A stretch of DNA of 64,000 bases from a virus. The notes under the pieces were generated by a model, which saw nothing but the letters and a program-made list of their open reading frames with translations, made no database searches and was not told the origin of the DNA. Location of the stretch: the IMG/VR virus record IMGVR_UViG_3300037963_003785, positions 23,554-87,553 of that record, one strand, 5' to 3'. Positions 1-9,366 of the stretch are shown one piece after another. Position numbers and translations under genes: made by a program. How positions within the stretch are numbered: the first letter of the stretch is position 1; every line of letters begins with the position of its first letter.

Positions 1-1386
1 CTCAAAATCAAAACTACCAGTATTGGTGGTTATCACAATTCGTTTACCACCACCAACATTTGAAGTTGCCATTGAAAATTCATTACCTGAACTCTGACTC
101 AAGGGACTTATTGTAATTGTATCATCTTCTTCATCGGTAATAAACATGGTCAATACAGTAGTCCCATCACTCGTATTTTCATTTACACTACCTGTATTGC
201 TAGAAATTATTGTACCACTAACACTCGTTGTTCTAAAGTTGGGTGCAGTATTTGGTGTTACTCTTATATAAATTGTTGCAGTTGAAGTTAGAATACCATC
301 AGTTACTTGTACCAAGAAAGGATGTGAATTTCCACTTGCATGATTTCCAACATCAGTATTAAAACTTGCACTTGACATTGTATTTAATGTAATAGCACCA
401 CTTCCACTATGAATTGCAAAGAAATCATCTGTATATCCACTTTGGGTTGCAAAAGACAATTCATATGAAAAGTGTTCTGCATCAGTCGTAGTTATAGTTC
501 CTACCGAAGAACCACTTACTTCAAACTCATTTATTGTAAACTGACTACTTGAAACATTTGGTGGTGTGTTTGGATAAAATACAGAATCTAAGAAATCACT
601 TACGGAACCAGAAGTACCTGGATTGAAACTAGCAGAAAATAGAGTTGGGAAATTTGTATTTAATATCCTACGATTACCATCATAAGATGCTCCGCCAGAT
701 GCTAATGATGCAGAAGTAAACTCACCACCATCAAGTTTAAGTACAGAAAAAGAACCAGTTGAAGTTGATGAACCACTAATTAAAGTTGCAGTTCCATCAG
801 AAAAACTTTCTGTGGTAAATGATTCCCTACTATCAAGTCTTGTAGCAAAACTTGCACTATCATCTGTAAAAGCACCACTAATCTCATTTGCAGTAAACGA
901 TGCAGGTAAATTTGTTAATTCACTTGCATCCCCTAATAATTTACCAAACGAACCAGTTGAAGTGGAAGAACCACTTATCATTATTGCATCTGGAAATTTT
1001 ACTAATTGTTGGTCAGCATCAGTTCTAAAAAGTATATTATTAGAATTATCCTTGATTTGAAAGTCTATATTGTTGGAACCATTATTGATGGTAAAGAGAT
1101 GTGGAGAACTATCTTTTTTATGTGCCCCAAAAAAATTAATACCACCCGCTTCTAATTGAATTCTGTCACTGGTAAAGTTGATTCGTGTATTAGCATCATC
1201 CTTGTGTGAAATGTATTCACCAACAATTAAATCATCATTGACTTGTAAATCACCACTTACTTTTCCAGAACTTACTTCTAATCTTCCAAATGAACCCGTA
1301 GACTCAGAATCTCCTGTAATACTACCACTTACAGTAAATGAACCCGTTAGTCTTGGATTTAGTTGTTTACTGTGTATTAATGCCAT
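1..1386 (-). CDS. Large virion protein with cadherin-like repeats (3' end beyond window)
   Basis: Not in ORF track because it runs off the edge. My translation from ATG 1386: MALIHSKQLNPRLTGSFTVSGS...NTPPNV..FTINE..VGTITTTDAE..FAIHSGSGAITL..VQVTDG..IRVTPNTAPNF..VNEN..ITDEEDD..GSFDFE; these are cadherin-type PxF, (I/V)xE, DxD/E and FDFE motifs. Open to position 1. Confidence 0.75.
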   Translation of the reverse strand, partial: MALIHSKQLNPRLTGSFTVSGSITGDSESTGSFGRLEVSSGKVSGDLQVNDDLIVGEYISHKDDANTRINFTSDRIQLEAGGINFFGAHKKDSSPHLFTINNGSNNIDFQIKDNSNNILFRTDADQQLVKFPDAIMISGSSTSTGSFGKLLGDASELTNLPASFTANEISGAFTDDSASFATRLDSRESFTTESFSDGTATLISGSSTSTGSFSVLKLDGGEFTSASLASGGASYDGNRRILNTNFPTLFSASFNPGTSGSVSDFLDSVFYPNTPPNVSSSQFTINEFEVSGSSVGTITTTDAEHFSYELSFATQSGYTDDFFAIHSGSGAITLNTMSSASFNTDVGNHASGNSHPFLVQVTDGILTSTATIYIRVTPNTAPNFRTTSVSGTIISSNTGSVNENTSDGTTVLTMFITDEEDDTITISPLSQSSGNEFSMATSNVGGGKRIVITTNTGSFDFE

Positions 1387-1645
1387 GTCTTAAATCTTCT
1401 TGTTTTTTCTCTAACCACCAACTTCTAATAGACTTAGAAATCTTTTTCTTGTGTTGAGTTGTTTTAGGTTGTTTCATCTTTTCGATGGTGTCCATAGTCA
1501 ACTTTCTATCAGATTGTGCACAAGATTTACATACAGAATTATTACCCACAGCTCTATCAAAGGAATCTTTTCTTGTGTAATAAATTATACGATTACAATC
1601 AGGACATTTTCTGTTTTTTCGGTTAGACCAGGTTCTTTTTCTCAT
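1367..1645 (-). CDS. Small Zn-ribbon (CPDC/CKSC) + NUMOD3-like DNA-binding protein
   Basis: CxxC..CxxC followed by basic TIEKMKQPKTTQHKKKISKS; ATG 1645 lies directly after the intergenic motif. Confidence 0.55.
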   Translation of the reverse strand: MRKRTWSNRKNRKCPDCNRIIYYTRKDSFDRAVGNNSVCKSCAQSDRKLTMDTIEKMKQPKTTQHKKKISKSIRSWWLEKKQEDLRHGINTQ

Positions 1646-1683
1646 ACATATAAATATCAAGAAATGGTAAAAGAAAAGTGGAA

Positions 1684-3246
1684 CTACGAATCAAATTTTC
1701 CCATAGCAATAATTTCATCATCACTTTCTAACGCATACCCAATAGAACCAGTATCCACGTTAAGTTGGAAAGTAGAATCGACTTGTGATATTGTCAATGC
1801 ATCATGTTCCATGTATTGACCATTTATAAAAAATACAAAATCATCTTCGGATGTACTTGTTAACCCACTTGGAGCTGATGCAGTGACTGCCGTAAAGGTA
1901 GCTTGAGCTGGGTTGACAGAGTTAGACTTTTTAACAAAAGATTTTCTAATATAAGTGTCGAAAGTACTTACACTTGTTCCGACAGCAGTACCATTCAACG
2001 TTAAACTTCCAGTTATGTCCATAGAACCACTAAACTTGTGAGTATCATCTAAAGAATTACCAAATATTGTTGAACCACTACTAAAACTTTGAGTTACTTG
2101 AGTTATAGAGGAACTAATGATTAGGTTTTCTGCTATCAAATCACCTTTTACGTGTAAATCTGTATCTATCTGTGCACCACCACCTGGATTCTCAAATATA
2201 CTAAATGAATTATTACCCACGTGAATTGCAGATGATGCAGACATATTAGCAAAAGTTACGTTGGATGTTGTTGCTACATCTTGACCTATTGATAAGGAAA
2301 ATAAACCTGCACTTGAACCATCAAAAGAATTACCAGATACAGATACACCAGTTCCACCCTCTATGTTTAAAGAATTTGCTAAAGTTACAGTAGAAATACT
2401 ACCTCTACCTTGAGTAACCCTTACTTCTTGAACTCTATCATCAATATTAACCATAGAACTAATGTTAATATCAGTCTCGTCTTTGATTACCAACCTACGT
2501 GGTGTTAAATATTTGTTTGTGGTTACCAATTCATTGAATTGTTCAGGTATCAAGTAACCTTTTAGTGTTACACTAAACTCTGTTTTAATTAATCTTTCCG
2601 CATCCGTTTCAGTTACATCATTGAATGCATCAATTGATGTCCTAAACCTCATCTTACCAGGTTCGCCCCAATAAGCACCTTCACTATATTGTATCTTTTC
2701 AACAATAGAATTCATTTGTTGGATATACGTTGTCCAAATAATAAAATCGTAAGATAGATTTACATAATCAGGTACTGCAACATTATAATATTCATTTTGT
2801 GGCATCAATCCTTGTTGAACTGAAAATCTATCATATCTTTGATTCTGAGTGTATCCTTTCTTAAAAGAATAATGTAACTTTGGCGATTCTGGATCGATTT
2901 TATCTATGGCATAAGTGTCATCTTTTTCAATAGAAGTTCTTCTAAAAACAATTAATGGTAAAATCTTTTGACCCTTATTATCATTTAAGAATCCTTTAGA
3001 CCTAATATTATACCACCTTTCAGCAGAAGCATACATCGTTGGAACTTTTATTGATTCACCATTTTCTTGTACGGATGGTTTGATAACATTTTCAAAATAG
3101 TACATAATAGCACTATCCATATCCATAAGGGTTACGGATACATTTTTTACATCATCCTTGTCTCTTCGTAAAGTTGTAGCACGTGTCTTGTCGGTTAATG
3201 CCTGTACTCTTGAACTTCTTGGAACTGGTTTAGCTCTTTTAGACAT
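1684..3246 (-). CDS. Tail terminator/sheath stabiliser (T4 gp15-like) with C-terminal fibre-like extension
   Basis: N-half KVPTMYASAERW..LPLIVFRR..VPDYVNLSYDFIIWT..QMNSIVE; lies after neck genes; Ser/Gly/Thr-rich C-half. Confidence 0.6.
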   Translation of the reverse strand: MSKRAKPVPRSSRVQALTDKTRATTLRRDKDDVKNVSVTLMDMDSAIMYYFENVIKPSVQENGESIKVPTMYASAERWYNIRSKGFLNDNKGQKILPLIVFRRTSIEKDDTYAIDKIDPESPKLHYSFKKGYTQNQRYDRFSVQQGLMPQNEYYNVAVPDYVNLSYDFIIWTTYIQQMNSIVEKIQYSEGAYWGEPGKMRFRTSIDAFNDVTETDAERLIKTEFSVTLKGYLIPEQFNELVTTNKYLTPRRLVIKDETDINISSMVNIDDRVQEVRVTQGRGSISTVTLANSLNIEGGTGVSVSGNSFDGSSAGLFSLSIGQDVATTSNVTFANMSASSAIHVGNNSFSIFENPGGGAQIDTDLHVKGDLIAENLIISSSITQVTQSFSSGSTIFGNSLDDTHKFSGSMDITGSLTLNGTAVGTSVSTFDTYIRKSFVKKSNSVNPAQATFTAVTASAPSGLTSTSEDDFVFFINGQYMEHDALTISQVDSTFQLNVDTGSIGYALESDDEIIAMGKFDS

Positions 3247-3731
3247 TATGTACTCCTAACTCGTTCAACACCTATATGACTAGCACGAGTTAGGTGAGCA
3301 AGACAAATAACAGAATGGTTTTGTTCAAATTGACCACCTAAGAGCTGATTCTCATTGACGTTTCTTATTTCCCAATGTGCATAATTCCAATTTATAACAT
3401 CACCAACTTCCACTACTAAATCTAAATCTAACAATACATCTCTCTGAAAAGAGAAAGTAGCATCTTGTCTTAAATCAGGCCCGAACTCGTCTGTATTAAA
3501 ATCAAAGTCTTCAGCTTCTATCAGACAAGCTAACCTTACACCTGATAAATAAGACTTCCCATTACTTGACTCACCATACATATTAACTTGAGTATCTTCA
3601 ACTGATAGTTTATAAAGAACAACGGTTTGGTTTATGATACCATCTTTACCATTCTTTAAATCACCAACTAACTCTTTATTAATGGTGTTAAATAAGTTTA
3701 TATCTTTTTGAGAGACAAATCTTCCAGCCAT
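3246..3731 (-). CDS. Head completion/neck protein (T4 gp14-like)
   Basis: Synteny after gp13-like gene; NMYGES and VGDVI.W motifs. Confidence 0.55.
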   Translation of the reverse strand: MAGRFVSQKDINLFNTINKELVGDLKNGKDGIINQTVVLYKLSVEDTQVNMYGESSNGKSYLSGVRLACLIEAEDFDFNTDEFGPDLRQDATFSFQRDVLLDLDLVVEVGDVINWNYAHWEIRNVNENQLLGGQFEQNHSVICLAHLTRASHIGVERVRST

Positions 3732-3735
3732 TATA

Positions 3736-4917
3736 TTATCCTACGTATATTTTTAAAGGAACTTTAGCTAACTTTTCTTGTAAATACTCAGCTTCATCTT
3801 TATCTGCCTCAAGTAATGTCTTTCTACTTGAAGCCTCTAACATTTCTTTTAATTGTGATACCAATGCTTCTTTTTCCGCAATACCCTCAGACCTCAAGGT
3901 GTCACCATCCATAGTCACTTCAGCTCCAGGTATTGGTATCGAACCATACTTACTTCTAACCAAACCAAGAGTTTCTTTTGCAACTGCTAATCCATATTTT
4001 CTAATCCATTGTTTACCAACATCATTGATTGAATTATACTTCATATTGTAATAAGGTGCATTAGAGAAATCAGAAACTACGTCTTGTGAACCACTAAATA
4101 CAGTAGACGTAACACTATCTCTATCACCTCTTACTAAGTAATCAAAGTAAAGTGATTGTGTAGTTTCATTTACTGGTATTGGAAATAATCTTACTTTATT
4201 ATTCGTCAATGTAAATGAAAATGCAGACTTTCTAACTAAATCGTTAAATTCTATAGCCTGTAATCTTAACATATCCGCGTAAACAGGCATCAATAAATAC
4301 TCTGAACCAGGCATTGAACCACCACCACTATCAGGCCCCCATCCGAATCCAGATAGTAACTTTATAGCACCAATTCCTGAACCAGCATATGGGTCATAGA
4401 ATCTTGATTGTGCGGGTGATTCTTCAAAGTAAACTCTTCTTACTTCTATTGCGTTTCCACTTTCAGACTTTTCAGCCCATACTTTATTTAAATCATATTC
4501 TTGTGAACCACTAACTACGTCTATCCTACCTTTTTTGTAATCCACTCTACCACCAACACCAGCTTCCGTTCCATATTGTTCTGATAGAAATATAGTTTCA
4601 GAAAAACTTGGGTTCACTCTTTTATGTGTTAGTGAATTCGATGAACCTGTTGGTGCACCTTTTAAACTAAGTAAATTTTCTTTTATGTTGTACTGATTTA
4701 TATGAGAAGCATATTCAGTTACGGATTCTTCGAAAGCTGAATAAAAAGAACCAGATTGTAATTCTATATCTATTATAGGATATCCGAGTGTTCTTGCAGC
4801 CCAATCTGCAAATTGGTCAGCAGATGATGTGAATTCGGCCTCTGTATCATAAAATCCATAGGGTGTATCCCCTACAGAAAAAGAACTACTTCCTGGCCAT
4901 ATTGGTTTCTGAGCCAT
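3736..4917 (-). CDS. Neck protein (T4 gp13-like)
   Basis: LGYPIIDIEL near N-terminus; WIRKY.LA.AKE.LG.VRSKY..IP.PG..VTMDG..L..EG near C-terminus. Confidence 0.75.
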   Translation of the reverse strand: MAQKPIWPGSSSFSVGDTPYGFYDTEAEFTSSADQFADWAARTLGYPIIDIELQSGSFYSAFEESVTEYASHINQYNIKENLLSLKGAPTGSSNSLTHKRVNPSFSETIFLSEQYGTEAGVGGRVDYKKGRIDVVSGSQEYDLNKVWAEKSESGNAIEVRRVYFEESPAQSRFYDPYAGSGIGAIKLLSGFGWGPDSGGGSMPGSEYLLMPVYADMLRLQAIEFNDLVRKSAFSFTLTNNKVRLFPIPVNETTQSLYFDYLVRGDRDSVTSTVFSGSQDVVSDFSNAPYYNMKYNSINDVGKQWIRKYGLAVAKETLGLVRSKYGSIPIPGAEVTMDGDTLRSEGIAEKEALVSQLKEMLEASSRKTLLEADKDEAEYLQEKLAKVPLKIYVG

Positions 4918-5304
4918 TTATATCTCCCATATATGGTCGTATCTCTCATCGTAAATTTCACTACCATAAATCCAATCTTCTTGGTAGAGAACTCCAAATT
5001 GACACATCCATGTTATCAACTGAAAAGAGCTACTAACTTTTGTTGTCGTTTCCAAATAAGTTTCTAAATTAGTTTCCAATTGGTAATCTACACCTTTATC
5101 AGGTAAAGTACCATTTCTTGGCCACCAAGTTGAAGACAAACATGGTGCACCAACTCCAATGAAAGATTTTGCAACTTCAACAAGAGTTCCAAAATATTCT
5201 TGGTCTGAACATGAACCTGTTAATCTATCGTATCTATCATATGAATCTTTAAATTCATCTACTGATAGTAAACTGTTTGCTACTTCAACGTTAATTTTTT
5301 TCAT
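4918..5304 (-). CDS. Hypothetical protein, probably virion-associated
   Basis: 128 aa ORF abutting the neck gene, preceded by the intergenic motif. Confidence 0.55.
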   Translation of the reverse strand: MKKINVEVANSLLSVDEFKDSYDRYDRLTGSCSDQEYFGTLVEVAKSFIGVGAPCLSSTWWPRNGTLPDKGVDYQLETNLETYLETTTKVSSSFQLITWMCQFGVLYQEDWIYGSEIYDERYDHIWEI

Positions 5305-5340
5305 AAATATATAGTTTTACTCTTCTATAAATATAACGGC

Positions 5341-5373
5341 AAAGAAAAAGGGTGATATTTCTACCACCCTTTA
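5341..5373 (-). terminator. Rho-independent terminator after major capsid gene
   Basis: Sense strand AAGGGTGGTA-GAAA-TATCACCCTT followed by TTTCTTT. Confidence 0.85.
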
Positions 5374-5406
5374 TCTTTCATGTCTGTTAATTAAGTATAA
5401 TTAAAC

Positions 5407-7062
5407 TTACACTTTATCAACGTCAGCGACAACGACAGTACCGTAGAACTCAGGTCTTACGATTTTCTTCGCGTAACGAGTCATCACACCTTTACGTGGA
5501 GTAAAGTTGGTTGGGTCGTATACGAGAGGTGTCATAATCAACGGAACATAAGGACTATACACAGCACCAGTTTCAAGGAAGTTACTTCCTCTGAAACCAA
5601 CAAGAATTACATTCTCGAATTGGTATGGGTTCTTGTAAACAGTAAATCTGTTGTTCAAGAGACCTGCTTTTTGTACACCCATTGCATACTGTTGATTGTT
5701 GGAATCACCATTACTATCAGTTGCATATCCAGGAATAGATTCAAGGATTGTAGCAACTTCAGGACTTACTACGATGAAGTTTGCACCACCACGTAGGGTC
5801 TTCTGATGAATCGCGTTAGACACAGATTGTATCTTGTTACCAAGTGTTTGGAACCAAGTTCCTTTCACGTAGGCATTAGATTGACCAGATGATTCTACAA
5901 AAGAACCACCATCCCATTCATATCCAACCTTTGCTGACCATTTTTCTTCTTTAGCGTTAGCATTTAAACGAATCATGTCAAGGATTTCTAAGTCGATTTC
6001 CATTGCGATGTATTCTGATAACATAGAAGTCAATTCAGCTTCTGCATCAACTGAGTGATAAGCATTAAGGTCTTGAGCTAACTCAGGAGTCCATACTGCT
6101 TTTAACTTACGAGTTTTTGCAACAATTGGAATTGAACGCATCTGAATATCAATTTCAGGTATTCCGACATCTCCCTCACCAGAGAAACCACCATCGGTAG
6201 CAGCTGCTGGAGAAGACTCGAAATCACCACGAGTGATATCAGTTGGTTGTTTATGGTACTTAACGGTGTAGGTTACATCACCTGCAGGGCCGTTAGCGTC
6301 AAACGTTGTTGTAGAGTCTGGTGCCACAATAAACTGAATGTGTGTACCAGCCGCTGGGTTTGAAGTACCATCGGAATCTACCCTCTTAGTGTAAGCAGGA
6401 TAGTAAGTAGAAAGTGAACCACTACCAGAACCACTAATTGAAAATGCTCTCGCACCATTCAAATCAGCAGCTGATAATTCACTATGTGCGAATCTTAAGA
6501 AACGTAGTGATGATAGAGAACCACTCAATGATGGTTCGAAATCAATCATAGCGTTTGTTGCTGATCCAGAAGTCGCTGTAGTTGTAGTTGCACTTACGTC
6601 ATTTATGGAATATCCGAATTTACCTGCTCCATAAAGACCACCACTTGGGTCACCAGAAGAAGAAGTGTTACCAAACACGTCTGCTCTTTGAGTGTGACCA
6701 GGTTGAGCTGAACCATACTTGAAATCAAGATAGAAGATTAGTCCAGATGGTAAGTTCATAGGCTGTACAGAAACGAATTCCTGTGAAGCTAATGAACCAA
6801 AGATTCTACGAATTAATGGAAGTGCAACACCGCTCCACTCTTCAGAGTTAGCAGTTGTAGACACTTTAGAAGCCTCATCAATTAACTGACGAGCCTGATT
6901 TTCCAATAGTGTAGCCATACCATGTTTTCTGTTCTCCTCATCTATACCTTCTAAAAGGCCAGTAGGTTCCCATTTCTCAACAAGTTTCTTGGTCTGTTCA
7001 CGAAGCTCTCTTTGCGGATTATATCCATCCATGATATTTTGGATTTCATTATAATTGCTCAT
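5407..7062 (-). CDS. gp23: Major capsid protein (T4 gp23 family)
   Basis: VSVQPMNLPSGLIFYL, AKTRKLKAVWTPELAQDLNAYHSVDAEAEL, YSPYVPL, FTPRKGVMTRYA; SD GGAG. Confidence 0.97.
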   Translation of the reverse strand: MSNYNEIQNIMDGYNPQRELREQTKKLVEKWEPTGLLEGIDEENRKHGMATLLENQARQLIDEASKVSTTANSEEWSGVALPLIRRIFGSLASQEFVSVQPMNLPSGLIFYLDFKYGSAQPGHTQRADVFGNTSSSGDPSGGLYGAGKFGYSINDVSATTTTATSGSATNAMIDFEPSLSGSLSSLRFLRFAHSELSAADLNGARAFSISGSGSGSLSTYYPAYTKRVDSDGTSNPAAGTHIQFIVAPDSTTTFDANGPAGDVTYTVKYHKQPTDITRGDFESSPAAATDGGFSGEGDVGIPEIDIQMRSIPIVAKTRKLKAVWTPELAQDLNAYHSVDAEAELTSMLSEYIAMEIDLEILDMIRLNANAKEEKWSAKVGYEWDGGSFVESSGQSNAYVKGTWFQTLGNKIQSVSNAIHQKTLRGGANFIVVSPEVATILESIPGYATDSNGDSNNQQYAMGVQKAGLLNNRFTVYKNPYQFENVILVGFRGSNFLETGAVYSPYVPLIMTPLVYDPTNFTPRKGVMTRYAKKIVRPEFYGTVVVADVDKV

Positions 7063-7081
7063 TTTTTAAGCTCCAAGTAAA

Positions 7082-8281
7082 TTAAAGAATATTAGCCAAC
7101 TTCTTAAATCTATCTCTCAACGCACTACCCTCTTGAATTACTTCTTTAGGTTTTTGAGTTGATGCGACAGCTTTAGAAGCTGAACCTTTACTCTCGTTAA
7201 CGGTTTCATTTTTCTTAGCACCAAATGATTCAGCCAAAGTTGAATATACCAACTTGACTTCTCTTAAATTTGCTGCTCTGTCGAAAGTTTCAACAACTTT
7301 CAATTTCTGTTCGTTGTTAAGACCATAAGCCCTAAACAACTTATTGCTGAATAGCAACTTAGCGTTAAGAAGATTAACTTCGTTTAATTTACCACGAAGA
7401 TACTTAACCACATCTCTGTGTTCTTCTAACTCTTTACTTAGCTCTTCAACACGATTGTCCTGCTCTTCAACTTCTTCCTCTTCAGATAGTGCAGATAGGA
7501 TTTCATCTAAGTCAATGTCTTCTTCAACATCTTCTTCAACGTCTTCGTTTTCTTTTAACTTAGCTTTTCCTACTGAACCAATACCAGAAGATTTGTCAGC
7601 TGCACCTTTCTTGTTATCACCTGAACCGATACCAGAAGAATGGTCAACTTCTTCGTCAACTTCTTCATTCTTTTCATCGTCTTCATCTTCCTCATTTACT
7701 GATTCATCTTTCTTTTCGTCATCTTCATGTTCGCCTTCAGAAACGGATTCGTCTTTTTCGTCTTCCTCTTCTTCATTGATGTCAGCTTCTAATTCAGCAA
7801 GAACGGCTTCCAAGTCAAGGTCTTCATCTACATCGTCTTCTTTGTCTTCGTGTTCACCTTCTTCAACTGATTCATCTTTTTCTTCTTCGTCTTCTTCTTC
7901 AGTTTTAAGAGGTGCATACTTGACACCATCGATTTCAATGATTTCTGATTCATCAACTTCATCATCGCCTCTTTCTTCGACTTCTTTATCTTCAGGTTCC
8001 ATCTCTTCAGAGTGGTCGTCTGATGGGTCTTCGTCATCGGCATTGATTTTCATTCTTTCCTCAGGATCCTCGTCATCACCATGCATAGCTTCATCTTTTT
8101 CATCGTCTTCCATTCTTTCTTCTACATCTTCTTCTTCTTCCATCTCAGCTTGAATTTTCTGTGACAACATTGACTTTAATCGTGGAGTAAATGCTTCTTC
8201 AAGAGCCACTTTAGCGTTTGCTAGTGCAGTTTCACGAACTGCTTTTGCGTCAGCAATAGCGTCTTTTAATAAGTCATCCAT
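7082..8281 (-). CDS. Prohead core/scaffold protein (gp22-like), highly acidic
   Basis: Directly upstream of MCP; AIADAKAVRETALANAK..LEEAFTP, long D/E tract with repeated ESVxEGEHED, C-terminal LRDRFKKLANI; SD GGAG before ATG 8281. Confidence 0.8.
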   Translation of the reverse strand: MDDLLKDAIADAKAVRETALANAKVALEEAFTPRLKSMLSQKIQAEMEEEEDVEERMEDDEKDEAMHGDDEDPEERMKINADDEDPSDDHSEEMEPEDKEVEERGDDEVDESEIIEIDGVKYAPLKTEEEDEEEKDESVEEGEHEDKEDDVDEDLDLEAVLAELEADINEEEEDEKDESVSEGEHEDDEKKDESVNEEDEDDEKNEEVDEEVDHSSGIGSGDNKKGAADKSSGIGSVGKAKLKENEDVEEDVEEDIDLDEILSALSEEEEVEEQDNRVEELSKELEEHRDVVKYLRGKLNEVNLLNAKLLFSNKLFRAYGLNNEQKLKVVETFDRAANLREVKLVYSTLAESFGAKKNETVNESKGSASKAVASTQKPKEVIQEGSALRDRFKKLANIL

Positions 8282-8293
8282 TTTATTCTCCAT

Positions 8294-8427
8294 ATTTTGG
8301 ATTTGGATTTAGTAATGTTATTAGAAACATTAATGTGATTATTGGTCGTCTTGACCATTCGGTACGACATAAGTGGGGCTCAAATGAGCAATGTCGTATT
8401 CTTGTTTATATAAATATATACAAACAG
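8294..8427 (-). promoter_or_regulatory. Structured leader of scaffold-capsid operon with promoter-like motif
   Basis: Four successive inverted repeats (8403-8426; 8363-8398 enclosing 8378-8389; 8343-8357; 8313-8332) and TATTTATA at 8409-8416. Confidence 0.55.
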
Positions 8428-8637
8428 TTAAAAACGTGAGTTTTCACGTGAAATTCTTCTTGATTTCTCTCGTGCAATACCCTTTTTCTTTGCTTCTCTT
8501 CTCAAGGTAGATGGTTTTGTATAAAACTCTCTCTGTTTGAGTTCGAATAACATATTTGAGTCTTTAACTTTTTTCTTAAAACGTGATATAAGTCTTTCTA
8601 CAGACTCGTTTTTTTTCTTTGTAACTTGTATACCCAA
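8428..8637 (-). CDS. rpsU: Phage-encoded ribosomal protein bS21
   Basis: 69 aa; ESVERLISRFKKKV..L.ELKQREFYTKPS.LRR matches the S21 signature; TTG start. Confidence 0.9.
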   Translation of the reverse strand: MGIQVTKKKNESVERLISRFKKKVKDSNMLFELKQREFYTKPSTLRREAKKKGIAREKSRRISRENSRF

Positions 8638-9336
8638 TTAGTCCTCTTCGTTTTTTCCTTTATAGTTAGCGTCTACATAATTGAAGAATTTTTTCTTTTC
8701 CTCATCATCTAATTCTGCAGGTGATTTAATACCAAACTTCTTCATAGCCTTTTGAAAGAACTCTTCGTAGTCCCCCTCATCTATATTGTATTCACCAATC
8801 TTGGTTTCTTTTTCTTTTTCAGGTGTCATTGCATCATCTTGGTCATGACCACGAACGTGTCCTTCAGGTATCTCATAATATCTACCAATGATGTGTGCCA
8901 TATCTTCATATACAGCACTCATTCTTTCTTGTAGTCCTTGTGCCTCCTGTGCAAATTTACCAAATGATTTTGAGAGTGTAGTTAACTCTTTCATGTTACG
9001 ACCAACAGTTACTTTGTCAAACCAATCCTCTGTCTCACGAATTGTATTTTCTTTAACACCATTAGCTAATTCAGATAATGATTTTGCAACATCTCTTAAA
9101 TTACCCTCTCTGTAAATTAATTTACCAAGATTGTTAAAGTTGGATAGGTTTTCATTAAAAGCTTTTTTATCAAATTTATCTTCATTTTTATGTCCGTAGA
9201 TATCTTCTACTATATCAGATAAATTAGAATTGTTATTATGTAATGGTGAAGTACCACCGATAGCGGATATACCAACAACACCACCAATTGCTTCGTTTAC
9301 TAAATCTTTTAATTTAATGTTTTTCTTCTTTGACAT
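8638..9336 (-). CDS. Putative internal head protein, modular
   Basis: Leader IKLKDLVNE; C-terminal module DYEEFFQKAMKKFGIKSPAELDDEEKKKFFNYVD; SD AGGAG. Confidence 0.55.
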   Translation of the reverse strand: MSKKKNIKLKDLVNEAIGGVVGISAIGGTSPLHNNNSNLSDIVEDIYGHKNEDKFDKKAFNENLSNFNNLGKLIYREGNLRDVAKSLSELANGVKENTIRETEDWFDKVTVGRNMKELTTLSKSFGKFAQEAQGLQERMSAVYEDMAHIIGRYYEIPEGHVRGHDQDDAMTPEKEKETKIGEYNIDEGDYEEFFQKAMKKFGIKSPAELDDEEKKKFFNYVDANYKGKNEED

Positions 9337-9366
9337 TGTTAACTCCTGTTCCCTAATAAATATAAA

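Noticed and set aside
7344-8153. 269-aa Ser-rich plus-strand ORF (and 7828-8043 on minus)
   Set aside because: Antisense or frame shadow of the GAA/GAT-rich scaffold gene.
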